Positions 14,522 to 26,838 of a stretch of 64,000 nucleotides of DNA are shown here, in pieces. Source of the DNA: Rhizodiscina lignyota. Lineage: Eukaryota. The notes beneath the pieces were generated by a model, which did not search any database, was not told the origin of the DNA, and saw nothing but the letters and a program-made list of their open reading frames with translations. The translations under genes and the position numbers were made by a program. Location of the stretch: positions 2,480,001 to 2,544,000 of the forward strand of contig ML978123.1 in assembly GCA_010015805.1 (NCBI GenBank). The letters are read 5' to 3'. Within the stretch, counting starts at the first letter, position 1. The number at the start of each line of letters is the position of its first letter.

Positions 14522-15560
14522 ATGGCTTCGAGTCTCAGCACCACCCCGATGGCGACGCCACCCTCTACTACGGCCGGATCTCGCTCTCGCGCTCATAGCC
14601 TTGCGAGTCTTCGTGGTCCACCACCACCTGCAACACCTGCAAACACTCGCGTCCCCTCGGTTGCTGGCGAACGGGTCTCTCCACCCTTGCCCATTGCTTC
14701 GTTCGACTTGCACGAGGTCAACAACAACTTGGAAAGGCCTCGCGAAGGCCTTCTGGTTGGTCATCCAACCTTCGTTCCCTCAAACACTCCTGCTGGAACA
14801 GTTGGAGGAACTCCAAAGAGTCACTACGGCCCGACTACGCATGGCCTGTCGCAGATCCTCGAGGACATCGAGCCTCTGCCTCCAAGCCATGCGAGCAGCT
14901 ACATGTCGGGTGGCGCCCCAAGTGTGACTTCAGATCCGATGGAACAGTTCGCGGTGGCGCACGATGGCGAGATCCCGATTGGACTCCCACTTACGCCGCT
15001 TGGTAAGTCTTACCCATTCCACATTCGGTGAGAGAGAATAGATATTACCTTTCACAGAACGCTTCGGCTTATTCAAGCGTGGTAAAGAAAGGGACAACAC
15101 TCTGAGTCCTCGTCCCGAAGGCGTCGTGTTCGAGCACAAGGCCTGGGAGGAAGAGGTTGATCTAGACTTCGATCAAACTCTTGCTCGCTTGGGCCAGCTT
15201 GCCTCCGATCTTCATCAGAAAAACCCCTCAAAGCCTGCCGAGGAGTACTACAACGAGCACCTGGTCAAGGCACTCAACCAACCCGGTCGCCCCTTCGCAT
15301 TCAAGGGCAACAAGGCTCGTCCTGGCATGGACCGTGCTGCAAGCATGCACGTCGAAGTGGGCAGCCCACCATCAAAGGAAGGTGGCATCAGCGCATATCA
15401 GTTCCGTATGCTGGAGCACACCGTCGACCACTACAAGGTCAAGCTTGACAAGATGCAAAAGGAGCAGGAGATGATGATTAAGATGATCGAGGATCTACGC
15501 CTCCACATGTCGATTAACGAAGGTAACACCCAGGCCGAGAACCTTTCAAGCGGTGCTTGA
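14522..15560 (+). CDS. Hypothetical protein, Pro/Ser/Thr-rich N-terminus and short C-terminal coiled coil, 2 exons
   Basis: ORFs 14468-15031 and 15126-15560 are joined by a GTAAGT...CAG intron at 15003-15057; coding-like codon usage. Confidence 0.75.
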
Positions 15561-16198
15561 TGCGTTTGAGTTCGACCACGCGCTCACTACGAACGTATCA
15601 AACTTGATCGAACTCCAAAAGTGGATTCTGGATTACCATGGGATTGTGACTTTATGGGTTTTGGCGGGAACTGGTGAATGGGAGTGGTTCAATGATGCTT
15701 TCGTACGGACGACGCGGGACCAAAAACAAAAAACTAAAACAAATAAAACCCTTCGCGAGCACGAGTGGGACTGTCAGTCTGGACTGAAGACTGAATGCTC
15801 CCTGGTTGGTACTCTGGATTTATGATTGTCTCTTTAGTGGCGTTTGTGGCGTTCAAAAGCTCACCGGAACAAGCTGCAATGGTTTAATGTTTTATGTTGG
15901 CGAGCGTTTGGTATGATGCGTTCCATCTTGGTCCCTCTTCCCTTTGCCTTTCATCTTGCTCAACGAAATTTCCAAACAGTCTTTCGTTATCGGGATCTTG
16001 AGTGGGATCCTGTTATGCTTGACGAACTCACGGAATTCTCAGCTGACAAGGTCTCTCATTCATGAACCTGACTGTTTTCTTTCAATGATTCTCATTACGA
16101 TCATGTTGCATGCGACGGCGACGTGTACCGTAGCTGCGGCCACAATCTACTGTCTTTTCCTAGTCCACGCCGGCTGCAACCAGCAAACCAAAAACAAT

Positions 16199-17641
16199 TC
16201 ACTCTAAAAATCCCCACACATTGTTCAGGCTCTCCGCAAACGTCGGATGCGCAATGCACATTGCTTGCAGATCCCACCACTTGAGCCCGCCCCACATCGC
16301 CATCTGCACCTGGCTCATAATCTCACCGCCCTCGACGCCCAAACACGTGAACCCCAATATCTCGCCCGTCTCTGCATCCACGACGCCCTTCATCATACCG
16401 CGACTCTCGTCCGTCTCAAGAGCCCGGGCCACATATGCCATCGGCATCCGAGCAACCTTGATCTTGCGCTCTGGCTGATCGCGCCGCAGCTCGTTCTCAT
16501 GGAGTCCGACATGGCCAAGTTGTGGGTCAGTGTACACAACGTATGGCATCTTGTTCTCTCGGTCAGTGCTGGTTTTCGGCTCGAAGCCGGGTTTCGAAGC
16601 AGCGGAGATGAGGTTGGCTTGCAGGATGCGGAAGTCGTCGTATGAGACGTGCGTGAATGCTGGCCCGCCCTTGACGTCCCCCAGGGCGTAGATCCCTGGC
16701 ACGGACGTCTCCAGCTTTGGGTTCGCCTTGACATGGCCTCTCTTGTCGACTTCGATGCCTGTTGCTGGGAGATTCAGGGTGTCGGTGTTCGGGGTGCGGC
16801 CAGCTGCGAAGAGGATGTGCGAGCCAGTGAGCGTCTTGTCTCCGTCCTTGTTCGTGATTTCGAGGCTTATTGGCAGGTCTTTATCCGAGGAGCTAGAAAG
16901 CCGGGAGGCGTTCGATTTGAGATGCACGGTAATGCCATCTTCTCTCAAGATCTCCAGCATCTTATTCGCGATGTCATCGTCCTCACGCCCCAGCAGTTGT
17001 GCGCCTCGCTGTATGATGGTAACTTCTGCTCCTAGCCTGCGGAATAACTGCCCGAACTCTAGTCCGATATAGCCGCCTCCCAGCACTAGCAAGTGCTTCG
17101 GTACCTCTCCGAGCTCTTGCACGCTAGTAGAGTCGAGTACCCTGCTGCCGTCAACGTCTTCTACACCTGGGAGGTTCGGCTTGGCCGGCCTTTCCCCGAC
17201 ATTCAAGACTATGATGTCGCCCTTGGCGTTCTTGATTTCACCCGATTCTGTCATCTTGATCTCGACAGTCTTCTCGCCTGTGAACTTTGCTTCTCCGATC
17301 AACACGTCCAGACCTTTCACATCCTTCAGTCTCCTCTCGCTCCCTCCCCGGAAGCTCTCAACAATGTCTCTCTTCCTTTGCCTCACCTTCTCCATGTTGA
17401 CGTTTACGTCGCCAACGCGCACCCCATAGTCATTCGCCCCGCGTCTCGCCAAATAAGCCACGCGGCCAGACGCGATCATCGTCTTGGTCGGCGTGCAGCC
17501 CTCGTTAATGCAGCAACCGCCGATGTGGGAGCGCTCAATCAGCGCGACCGTCTTCCCGGCGTTGGCGAATGCTGAGGCGAGTGGAGTGCCGCCTTGGCCG
17601 GAGCCGAGGACGAGCACATCGTAGGACTTTGGGGACGACAT
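16199..17641 (-). CDS. Class-I pyridine nucleotide-disulfide oxidoreductase (mercuric-reductase-like/RclA-like), intronless
   Basis: MSSPKSYDVLVLGSGQGG, redox CxxxxC in GGCCINEGCTPTK, GGGYIGLEFG, YALGDV and C-terminal HPTFAE. The likely start is 17641; the upstream in-frame extension is uncertain. Confidence 0.9.
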   Translation of the reverse strand: MSSPKSYDVLVLGSGQGGTPLASAFANAGKTVALIERSHIGGCCINEGCTPTKTMIASGRVAYLARRGANDYGVRVGDVNVNMEKVRQRKRDIVESFRGGSERRLKDVKGLDVLIGEAKFTGEKTVEIKMTESGEIKNAKGDIIVLNVGERPAKPNLPGVEDVDGSRVLDSTSVQELGEVPKHLLVLGGGYIGLEFGQLFRRLGAEVTIIQRGAQLLGREDDDIANKMLEILREDGITVHLKSNASRLSSSSDKDLPISLEITNKDGDKTLTGSHILFAAGRTPNTDTLNLPATGIEVDKRGHVKANPKLETSVPGIYALGDVKGGPAFTHVSYDDFRILQANLISAASKPGFEPKTSTDRENKMPYVVYTDPQLGHVGLHENELRRDQPERKIKVARMPMAYVARALETDESRGMMKGVVDAETGEILGFTCLGVEGGEIMSQVQMAMWGGLKWWDLQAMCIAHPTFAESLNNVWGFLE

Positions 17642-18997
17642 TTTGGCAGCAGTTGAGAATCTTGACCAGCGGCCTGGAGAAGGGGAATCAAATTTGAAAG
17701 CGACAGGGATTCGGCGGAGACGATATGTGAGCGAAGAAGACGATGTAAAGATTGAGATTGAGGAGCGTGGATATAAGAGTGAGAAGTTACGGTGCACGGA
17801 CATGCAGCAAGAGCTGTGGGATAGGGGTTTGATAGCTTGGATGATGCCTCTTGAACAGAGGGGTTTATTTCGCTGCATTGTGTAAGTTCCACAATGTCAA
17901 ATTCAATGCCTCGTAAGACAGTCAATACGATACCTTCAATTGACGGCGATCAAAGCTCTTTGCAGTCTTATACGGCGACTAGCAACGACGCAGCTAGATT
18001 TCTGTGTGAGGATGAGGAATCGGATTTTGGCAGTTTGCTCTGCTCTACGATAATTGCGTTACCGAGAAGTTATCAATTTCACGCCAACCTGCAAGATCAA
18101 CTGAGTGCTAGGATTCCTAATTACTTAGGTCGTTACATCACCTCACACTAAACTGCACTTGTCGTCCTGGTCCATTCAGCTGCTAACGGCCTGACGGTCG
18201 CCCCGCAGAAAGCTGGGCGATGCGATGACACACCAAGCATGCCGGTGACTAAGCCTCGTGTGGACTTCAATCACATGCCAGGTGGTGGGAGAAAGCAGTC
18301 TGAGAGTGCGAATCATTCATGAATTGCTTTGGAAACTTAACAACGCAATACAGAGTACAAGGTCGGCGGACGAAGTGGCTGAGACAAGGAGGTGGGTTGG
18401 AGAACTGGCCACCAAGGTGCACAACCATCCTCAATCAGATCCACCTCGAGCTGATCGCTTTTAGCTGGACTAAATTTAGTTGAGCGGATGCAGAAAAGGA
18501 TTTGATCAAGCTACATATCAACCAGAAGTACCATTGAAGGTCGATATTTGGTAGAGATGCCATGATACGTATCCACGAATGGTTGTCCAAACGCGGCGCT
18601 TAGCCTGAGCAGTGGATGACTGGACATGTATAAAGACGCGTCGAGCAGTTGGACGAAGCAGAAGAATCTCATCTACATTTAGTATAGAACGGTGGTATTC
18701 CTACAAGTGAATCGTAAAGTATCCAAGCACCATGAACATGCAAACTCTTTCAAGACGTGGGCGAACGGCCGGTATCAAGCCCCTGATCCCCAACCTTGAA
18801 AAAACGCCTCATCTATGGTATACAGCTGATGGTGATCCCCAAACCCATTCCCAAGTGCACACTGTGTCACCAACTTTTGGAGAGACCGTATGAGCGTCGT
18901 GTCCGGTCATTACCGAAGAGAGAACCTGAAATCGTCTGTACAAAACTGTATAGCTCGGTTGAATCCGCAGAGCAGTTTAATCCAATCATTATGTCTG

Positions 18998-20361
18998 TCA
19001 CGTGGACGCTGCTACTGCATTTCCGATGTTCTGATTTGCTGCTGCGTGCTGACCTGGTAAAGCGGCATTCGACTGACTTGGAGAGGGCTTGGGCATACCA
19101 TTCCACCCTGGAAATAGACCTTTCAGCTTCGTGTATTGTTCTTCGAGGCCAGCGGAGGATGAAGGAGCATCCATGATTGCTGGGCCACGAGCAGGAAGTT
19201 GAGTAACAGGTTTATTTGGACTGAGTTGGGCTAGGTAGGCGAGGTTTGCCTGGAGACAGCGCATGCAACTGGCCAGTGATTGTCAGTAAACTCGGTACTT
19301 TGGTAAGTATGTGTATGAATGTCATAAGGAAACCAGGATGCTTAGATTGTACAACTGGTCATTGGTGGATGGCCACGTACTCAATGTACTCCCTCGAGGG
19401 AGGTTTGTTCATTGCATTTGGGCCCTTGACGTCCTCTTCTTTGGACGGTACTTGTTGTCCAATGACGCCACCCTTTCCTTGCATCTGTAATGTTATGATC
19501 TCTTGCAGCAACTCGCTATTGATGGTCAGCAATAGCGACACTCGTTGCCGTTCTCGTGCGATCAGACTGGGCGACAATGGTGTCGACGGGCTCTGTTTCG
19601 AGGCAGATTGAGGGGTAGACTGAGATGCTGCGGGAGGTTGTGAGGTTTGAAGGGCGGTCATTGACTGTGGCTGTGACATCTGTGGAGGTGGCTCCGACGT
19701 GTGGGGTTGGCGATGATGGGCCTGTGGTGTGGCATAGGGCGAACCGTGGTTAGATGGAGTGGCGGAGGAGTTGAGCTGCCTGTTATGCGGAGTCGAAGAG
19801 GTAGATGTGGGTGTGCCTTGAGTATATGGCGCGCTCGAATACACATTCTGTGGCCCTATCACGTTCGAAGGAATGCGTTAGTGATCTCTGATTGACGTTC
19901 GCGGAGCGGTAGCGTCAGGGCTTGCGCGCCTGACCGCACGTTTGGGCGACAGGTGTGACAAAGGGAAGATATAGGGCAGCCCCACCTCTCATCTGTTGCT
20001 GCTGCTGCATCGCAGGCGGGAGCATGCTGGTATTGGGCATGGCAGACGTTGGCCCCATGCCCATGCTCATGCTCACACTGGATGAGGCGAGCGGGTAGCC
20101 ACTCCCCATAGCGCCATTCCACTGGCTCTGGTTCGGGTGCTGGGGAGGGCGCCGAGAGTGCGGGTCAGGTTGGAAGGGCGATGACGATGACGATACGGGC
20201 GCCGGAGAGTGGTGGAGGGCGTGCGGCTGGTGTTGCTGTTGGGGGTTGTGGAGGGGGAAGCCTTGGGCCTGGGGAGCGGCGGCGTGCTGGTGGTGAGGCG
20301 GCTGGAAGAAGGACTGAGAGTGCAAATGCGGGTTGAACGTCGTCGAATTCGGGTAGTCCAT
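18998..20361 (-). CDS. Gln/Pro/His-rich protein with a C-terminal SS18/SSXT (SNH)-like domain, 3 exons
   Basis: Splicing joins ...LLLTINSELLQEIITLQMQGK...EYIE|CMRCLQANLAYLAQL, which matches the SS18 SNH pattern (LDENxxLIxxIxxxQxxGK...LHxNLVYLA). The rest is low-complexity. Confidence 0.7.
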
Positions 20362-21669
20362 GCCTGTCTCATCGAGTGAACGCGTTCCAGCTGGCTCGTC
20401 GTTCAATCCTGTGAGCGCTTCTCATCCCTGGCCGCTGGCACATCGCGCTGGGGCCCGCTCCTGAGGCTGCGCTACGCCCGAAGCGGCCGTGACTTCATTT
20501 AGCCCTCGTCCACGTCTCCAGAGCGCACCCAGCGCAGCAGCACGCGCGATGCATGGCGTTATGAACAGCCTGAATCCTTCCCTCTGCGCTGCCCTCGCCC
20601 TGCTCGTCGCGCATTTTGTGCCTTCTGAGCGCATCCCCGTCGCGCACGCATTTAATGCCAGGGTGCTCACTGCCCATGGGCTGCAGCCACACGCATAGCC
20701 TGCCACTGCCCTTCCCTGCCGGATCGCCTCTTTGCAAACACCACCAATTGCTCGCTCACACCCGAAGATCCCGCCGCCCAAGTCCAATCTCAGCACTAGA
20801 TGCCGCAGAACTGCATGACACGAGCGCAGCGGTGAATCCAACGTCGCTGGAAGGCCCGGCAGGCCTGCTCTAGCCATGTCGGGTACCGTGATCCTCCCGG
20901 GGACAGGCATTGATAACGCTTCGTCTCCGCTGACTTGAATCCCGCTTTCCAGGCTTCAGAGGCAGACGTCGTGGCAGACCTTCCTTTGCCAGACGCCGCG
21001 CTTCTGCTGCTGCTGGGGAGAGCCCCCAATGGCCTTCTTATCCTGGAGCAGACCTTCGCCTGCTTAAGTAGTTCAGAATATCGCCAGCGGGTCCTACCGT
21101 ACGCTCCATCTGGTTTCTCCATCTGTTGCTGTTGCACTTCGTGTTCTGTTAGTACCACTTGCCTTTCTTTTCGCTTTTCGTGGCACAGCAGTTTGCCTCG
21201 TTTATGCTGGTGCCAGCGTTACAGCCGAAGAATAATGCCTGCACCGTCGACTCTATCGAGCCGGCCTTCGCCCATCATTCAATAACGGTAGTCGCACGCC
21301 GGGATTTTCACAGCGATCGCAAGAAGTTCTCGTCTATTCTCTTCCTCGAGCGTTAGCAGGCCAGCCTGCTGCAACTCTCACGCAAAGTTTGCCTCGATCG
21401 GGGATTTTGAACACAAGAGAGAGGTCCAATTAGGCTCCCGCTAGGGTCAATGCGTCATTCGCGCGAAAAGAGCACATCCGATTGCACAGTCTCGATCTGA
21501 GAATACCCTTATCAGGAGGGCTACCTGAGTCCAGCAGCACTTCAGAACTACATAGCCCACCAGAAAATTGAGTTTTGCAGCAGTCGGATTTTCTCCCTCT
21601 CGCTCTGTATATTTGTCTCTCGCATTAGGTGTTCGGTTGCCTGCGCGTAAGGCTGTTAGTGCTGACGTC

Positions 21670-22665
21670 TCTGATGTAGGTCGATACAAGGATTTAGGTA
21701 GCTTCTCTCTTCCCTTGCAGATGCTACTCGAACTGGATTATTGCAGCTGGGAATTACAGATATAATGCACCGTCGTTCGTTCTAGCCATCGGCCATGTTC
21801 AAAGCGGTCCATACGCCCCACCGTCGAGGATAGGGGCAGTCGTTAATAATGTGAGTGGGCCCCACTTGAAATTGGTGTTGTACTGACGAACGCAGTGTGA
21901 TGCCGCATTCCCGTTAGAGTATCTCCAAACTGCGCTGCGCCGAACCGCTCTCTGTGACTACATATCCCGTGTGGCGGGACACTTGATTCGCACCAACGCT
22001 TACGATCGCGAAGCAGCCCAGCCGGGACACGGTGGCTGGCATGCCCCCAAGGGCGGCAACATTACAATAAACGCTCCTGACTAGCAGGTGCTCCCTCGAT
22101 CAAGCTGCATATTCAATGAGAGGACTTCCGAATTCGAACTACGCTTCTCCGCAAAACTTCCCGCCGCTGGCCGCACCATCATAGGGAAGGAAGCGGCGAC
22201 TTTGCTTTGCCAATGGGTGTCGGACATAGTTAGCTTGGCGTTGCTGTACGCGAACCAAGATCAGAGCAAGCTGAGAGACCATATCTATTCTGCTGAGGGT
22301 CAAGAATATCTTCGTTCTCAGTTGCACTCCCGTTGTCTGGTGGCTTTCATAGCCAATAGCTTGATTCTCCCATGCTAGAGTGGCGTATCATCATTGCCCA
22401 TGACAGGTGCGAATGTTGTGTCCTTTATATCGCCACTCGAACTTGAAGTGGAGCTTGACAGGCCCAATTTTGGTCCGATCAAAGGCATGGGAATTCCGAA
22501 AGGCATAACTGTCCTTACCGATGATGGCTTCCACGGCAACTTGACTCTTCTCGAGGCCATCCAGTTGGGCGTCTACAATGTTGTGCCTGGCGATGGACAA
22601 GAAGATGTGGTGACTGATCCCACCGTAGTCAAGATCCGCTCGGAGGATGGCAGATGCGTGACGAA
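21670..22665 (+). pseudogene. Truncated, stop-containing gene of the 'predicted ATPase of the ABC class' family (PF09818/MRB1590-like)
   Basis: HVQSGPYAPPSRI, an intron, GGWHAPKGGNITINAPD*QVLPRS, LPAAGRTI, ILPC*SG, GMGIPKGITVLTDDGFHGNLTLLEAIQLGVYN..PGDG..VKIRSEDGR. Stops at 22082-22084 and 22376-22378; Walker A degenerate; similarity ends near 22665. Confidence 0.85.
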
Positions 22666-23629
22666 CGAGCTGCTGGTCCATCAGCCTGAAAATAACTGGA
22701 CATGTTCTGCATGTGAAATGAACGACGTAAAATCTTTCTGAGTAGTGATGAACAGTTGACTCTCAAAAGATGCAACTGCAGTAGTAGCGAGAGAAGCAAC
22801 GACGCCAAGAGAGGAACCTCAATTTCGTCGATAATCTTTTCTTTTGATACAAAATTGCCTTTGTGGAATGCAATGCGCTGAGCCTGGTTCCGGTTCTGGT
22901 GAGAGGAGCGTAAAACGGCCCAGACCTCCCAATAGAGACAAGACTCGAAAATATTCAGCTTCTCAATAGATCTTCTCAATAGATCTTCTACACTGTCCGC
23001 GGCAAGTTGCTGCGACCAAAGTTGCCGATAGCGAAGCTTGCTTCTTACCCAGGAGCTGAGCAATCTGCTGAGTGGAGACGACTTGACATTCTGCATGTCA
23101 CCTATCCAAAGCAAGCCTATGATGAATTGAAGTACTCTGATCTCATACAGAAGGTAAATCTGATGGTGTTCAGCTGAGCATGGGAAATTAAACTTGACCA
23201 ACCAGCTTTGCCGCCGCTGGTATCGTCGCTGTAGAGAGTAAGCTTCTTTCCGTGCCGCAGTGGACACTGCATGCGGATGTGCAGTTTCTCCTCGCAGCAT
23301 AGAGGAGCCTTCAACTTCGGGAAGAACCGTGTTTCATGCTTGGAGATAGAGTAAATATCTCAAACACAGGAAAATTGTAAGTAAGAATAAAATGATCTCC
23401 AAACGTCATGTGCGGAACACGGAATCCCTTTCTCGGCAATCGCGGAAGTCTTTTCCACGAGAAATACAACATCCAAAGAAGCGGCGAGGTGGGGTTAAGA
23501 TGGAGTACATTATACGTAGTAGTTACCTGTGTATCGCAGGAATTGACCATTGTTCTGCCCAATTCTTTCAGCTGAAATTGGCCATACTTCGTTCGTCATC
23601 GTTTTGCACATCATTTAGATCGACCAAAT

Positions 23630-24408
23630 ATGGCTACAGTGTCAGGCCCGGGCATTCTCTTCGTCAATTCTAAGATCAAAAAGCCAGACCAGCTTTCAGA
23701 AGAAACATTCACAAAATGGTACAACGACGTGCACGTTCCAGATGTGCTGAATGCAAGGCCCGGCGAGATGCGCGCAGCTTGGCGATATGAATGCATTGAT
23801 CCCGAGCGAGAGGCAAAATATCTGGCCATCTACACCATGGAAGATCTAGCGTTTGGCGCTAGCGAAGAGTTTAAGAACATCCCTCTCCACCACAGTCTCT
23901 TTCCGGGAAGTGGATCCAGCCACGACTTTATCGAGTTTGATAGCAGGTTCTACAAGCGGACCAAGGTGTTTGAGACGAAGTCTACGAAGCCTGGTACGTT
24001 ACATTGCTCATACACTCGGTGACCTTGATTCAACGGGGATACAAGACCTTCTGACAAGATGAAGGTCGGGCTGCAATTGCCATAGTGGCTGCTATGCAAC
24101 CGCCCGAGGGCGGTGACGAAGACCTCGACAACTGGTATAAGCAAGAGCACCTGCAGCAAGTTTCTGAGCAGCCCGGTTGGCGGCGTAGCACTCGATACGA
24201 GCTTGCTCGACAAGCTATAGGTACTGGTGCCCCAAAGTATCTGGCGATCCACGAGTTCGAGGAGGGGACGTTGCCAGGAGGAGAGAAAGTCGTTGCGTTT
24301 GAGCCAGTAAGCGAATGGTCAGAAAGGGTTATGAAGGAGGCGAAGGCAATCGATGCCGGGAAGTTTAAGCTGGTGGCGAGTTTTGGCGAGAAAGACTCGG
24401 TGATGTAG
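23630..24408 (+). CDS. EthD-like double dimeric alpha-beta barrel protein, 2 exons
   Basis: Two related halves: FTKWYNDVHVPDVL...KYLAIY and LDNWYKQEHLQQV...KYLAIHEF. Intron near 23993-24045. Confidence 0.8.
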
Positions 24409-24733
24409 TGTGAGTACGCGGCTCTGAAAGAACGCAAAACTTGCCCTGGAGAAATTGGTAAATAAACCTTTGGCTCAGGTCCTTTAATTTACCAGGGACT
24501 TGAAAAACAGTCCGCAGAATCTTTCTGCCTGAGGTTGTCATGACAACGTCACTCACACATGGCCTACTTAACACTTGGGATCCTCTTCTATTTCGTCTAT
24601 CAGTCCTCCGTGCCACTTCACGAACACCAATGCAACTCTCTTCGAACATGGACACGGTAAGATACAAACGCAATTCTTCATCAACTGATATTACGATGAA
24701 GTTAGAATTGATCCATTTCCGATAACATCTACC

Positions 24734-25516
24734 ATGGCGCACTCTGCAGACCTTTCCACAAGTGTCCCACCATTCCTGCGAATTCCGCGAGAGATACGTG
24801 ATAAAATTTACGTTCTTTCCGGAAAAAAGCCTCCATATCTCCGTTTAGGAGGATACGAGTGGGAGGGGTATTTGGGGCCCGGGCGTAGTGGCTGGCATGT
24901 GCAGTTCACTTCCGGACCACATTACGGTCTGCCAAAGGTTGGACTGCTTTGGGTCAGCCGACAGCTGCGTCGGGAAGTTCTGGAAACGATCTCGGAATTT
25001 TTCCCGCAAGCGACAGTGTTCCCCCGCAAATACAAGTGTGAGAAGACAAATTTGAGCCGTGCAGTCTGCCGAACAATTCTAGGAGCAACAACCGTAGTCG
25101 AACTAAACTACCATAAAGTATGGGAAGGCGACCCTGACATTAAAGAGATCCTCACGGAGATGTCAAAGAGAGTACACGATGAACCCACACGAGTACTGAG
25201 ACATGTCGAGCTGGTGCAGATAAAGTACATGGTCGAGGGAATCAAAGAGACGATCACAACACCTTGGAAAGAACTAGTGGGCAATATCGACTGTCTACTT
25301 GGTGTCTTGAAGCCGCTTCTTCAGGCTATGCCTCTCCTAAAGCTTGTTCGCGTCCGGGTCGAAATACTCGATGATCAGCTTCCCGCTGCGATGAAGTTTA
25401 CCAACTGCGAGTATCAACATACGTTCTGCGAAACCGACACTGAGCGCAAGGAGACGGAGCGAAGGATGGAGGCTTGCTTTGGACCACTGGTCAACGAAGT
25501 TGAGGATACGTCGTAA
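24734..25516 (+). CDS. Hypothetical protein with an N-terminal F-box-like motif
   Basis: Single 260-aa ORF; PPFLRIPREIRDKIY and LLWVSRQLRREV are typical of fungal F-box-like orphan families. Confidence 0.65.
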   Translation: MAHSADLSTSVPPFLRIPREIRDKIYVLSGKKPPYLRLGGYEWEGYLGPGRSGWHVQFTSGPHYGLPKVGLLWVSRQLRREVLETISEFFPQATVFPRKYKCEKTNLSRAVCRTILGATTVVELNYHKVWEGDPDIKEILTEMSKRVHDEPTRVLRHVELVQIKYMVEGIKETITTPWKELVGNIDCLLGVLKPLLQAMPLLKLVRVRVEILDDQLPAAMKFTNCEYQHTFCETDTERKETERRMEACFGPLVNEVEDTS

Positions 25517-25672
25517 GGCGGAAGTGGATTCATTCGGCGAAATTGGATTCATTCGGCAGGTGAAGTGTACGAGGAACGGGCTCGCGGGATTGCGGGCCTA
25601 TGCGTAGCATTGGCTCTCTGGAATAGACGCAGGCCGCAATGGAGGTTCAGATATCCTGCAAAAAGGCAAAAT

Positions 25673-26838
25673 TCACACAGACTTTCCACCGTCACCATTT
25701 CCACTAGACTTTTGGCCTTCCAAAACATCCTTGATGCTGACCATGCCACTACCCCTCTCAAGCGGCTGCTGCTGGTTTGGGCCTGCCTTCCACCCGATCA
25801 TATAAATGAGTCGGAACGTTGCGGGCACGCCGCCACTGTTGCCAGTAGTCTCTGGATCTTCCGCATGTAACTCTCTATATATGCCCTCTGCTGCTGCGAG
25901 TATGTCTCGAGATATAGGTCCGTGCTCTCGGCCAAGGACAGCATTCGACTCGCCCATAGCCTGTAGGTCTTTCATGAGACTGAACATATCCGGATACTCC
26001 ACAATGATATCATCCACGTCTACTGTAAGGAGTTGGAATCCAGCACGCTGCAACAGTCCTCCTACGTCCCGAACGTCGGCCAGTGGAGACGTATGTGGTG
26101 CAACTCCTCCACGTCGGTCTAGTTCGGCCAACTGTAGAGACGTGCGTAGCTCGAAGAGTGTATCGCCACCAAACATGACTCCAAGAAATGGCGCGTCAGG
26201 TTTTAAGATCTGGTTTATTTGGCGAAGAGTAGAAGGGAGGTCGTTGATCCAATGGAGGCTGAGGGAACTCAAGACGGCGTCGAAGCTTTCCGGTTCGTAT
26301 GGGAGAGATTCTTCGGTGTCTATCACATCGCGGACTATGGGTATGGAATCATTGAAGGGTAAATCGTCATCCCGGTGCAATAGGGATGGTGACGAGTCAG
26401 CGGCTGTGATTTGGCCAACCTTCGTTTTCAAAGGTGCAGAGACGGGATGAGAAGAATAGTTGTCGGGGTCTGGTCGAGTGAGTATGCGAGCGATGTTGCA
26501 TGCATTCGCTCCGAGGTCGAGGACGTGTGGAAAGAAGCGGTTTATATCCTGTACAAGTAGAAGACCCAGTCAGCGAGTTGGTACACAGCGCAATGGGATC
26601 GCAACCTTACCAGCAGGCGCTCACAAAGCCTTGAGGCAACCTCATCGCGTAAGTAGTCGACCTTTCTGCTCAATTCCGTATCAGATGCGGCGCGCTCTCG
26701 CTGCATGTACTTGACATTTCGGTCAAAGACATTGAAATTTGGGCCACCAGGGGCCTGGACGGCGTAGCTGCGAATAGCACTAGCAGAGCATCGGGATGGC
26801 GATAAAAGTCGTCTCAAGGTGCGAGGAACGCATTGCAT
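25673..26838 (-). CDS. NDUFAF5: Mitochondrial SAM-dependent methyltransferase-fold complex I assembly factor, NDUFAF5-like, 2 exons
   Basis: Arg/Ser-rich presequence, FDRNVKYMQRERAA, DYLRDEVASRLCERL, SSLSLHWINDLP, GGDTLFELRTSLQLAE, DLQAMGESNA. Confidence 0.9.

Noticed and set aside
16199..17641. Calling this gene merA
   Set aside because: It lacks the NmerA domain and the C-terminal Cys-Cys pair, and there is no mer context.
17894..18990. Short ORFs between the oxidoreductase and SS18-like genes (similar cases at 58700-59400 and 62200-63150)
   Set aside because: The frames I translated showed no recognisable motifs or spliceable gene models.
22629..23300. 223-aa minus-strand ORF
   Set aside because: No recognisable motifs and atypical composition. 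It could be an orphan gene but cannot be supported from the sequence.
25525..25558. Short direct duplications (TGGATTCATTCGGC x2; also ~22960-22988 and ~44218-44242)
   Set aside because: Ordinary slippage duplications with no associated element.
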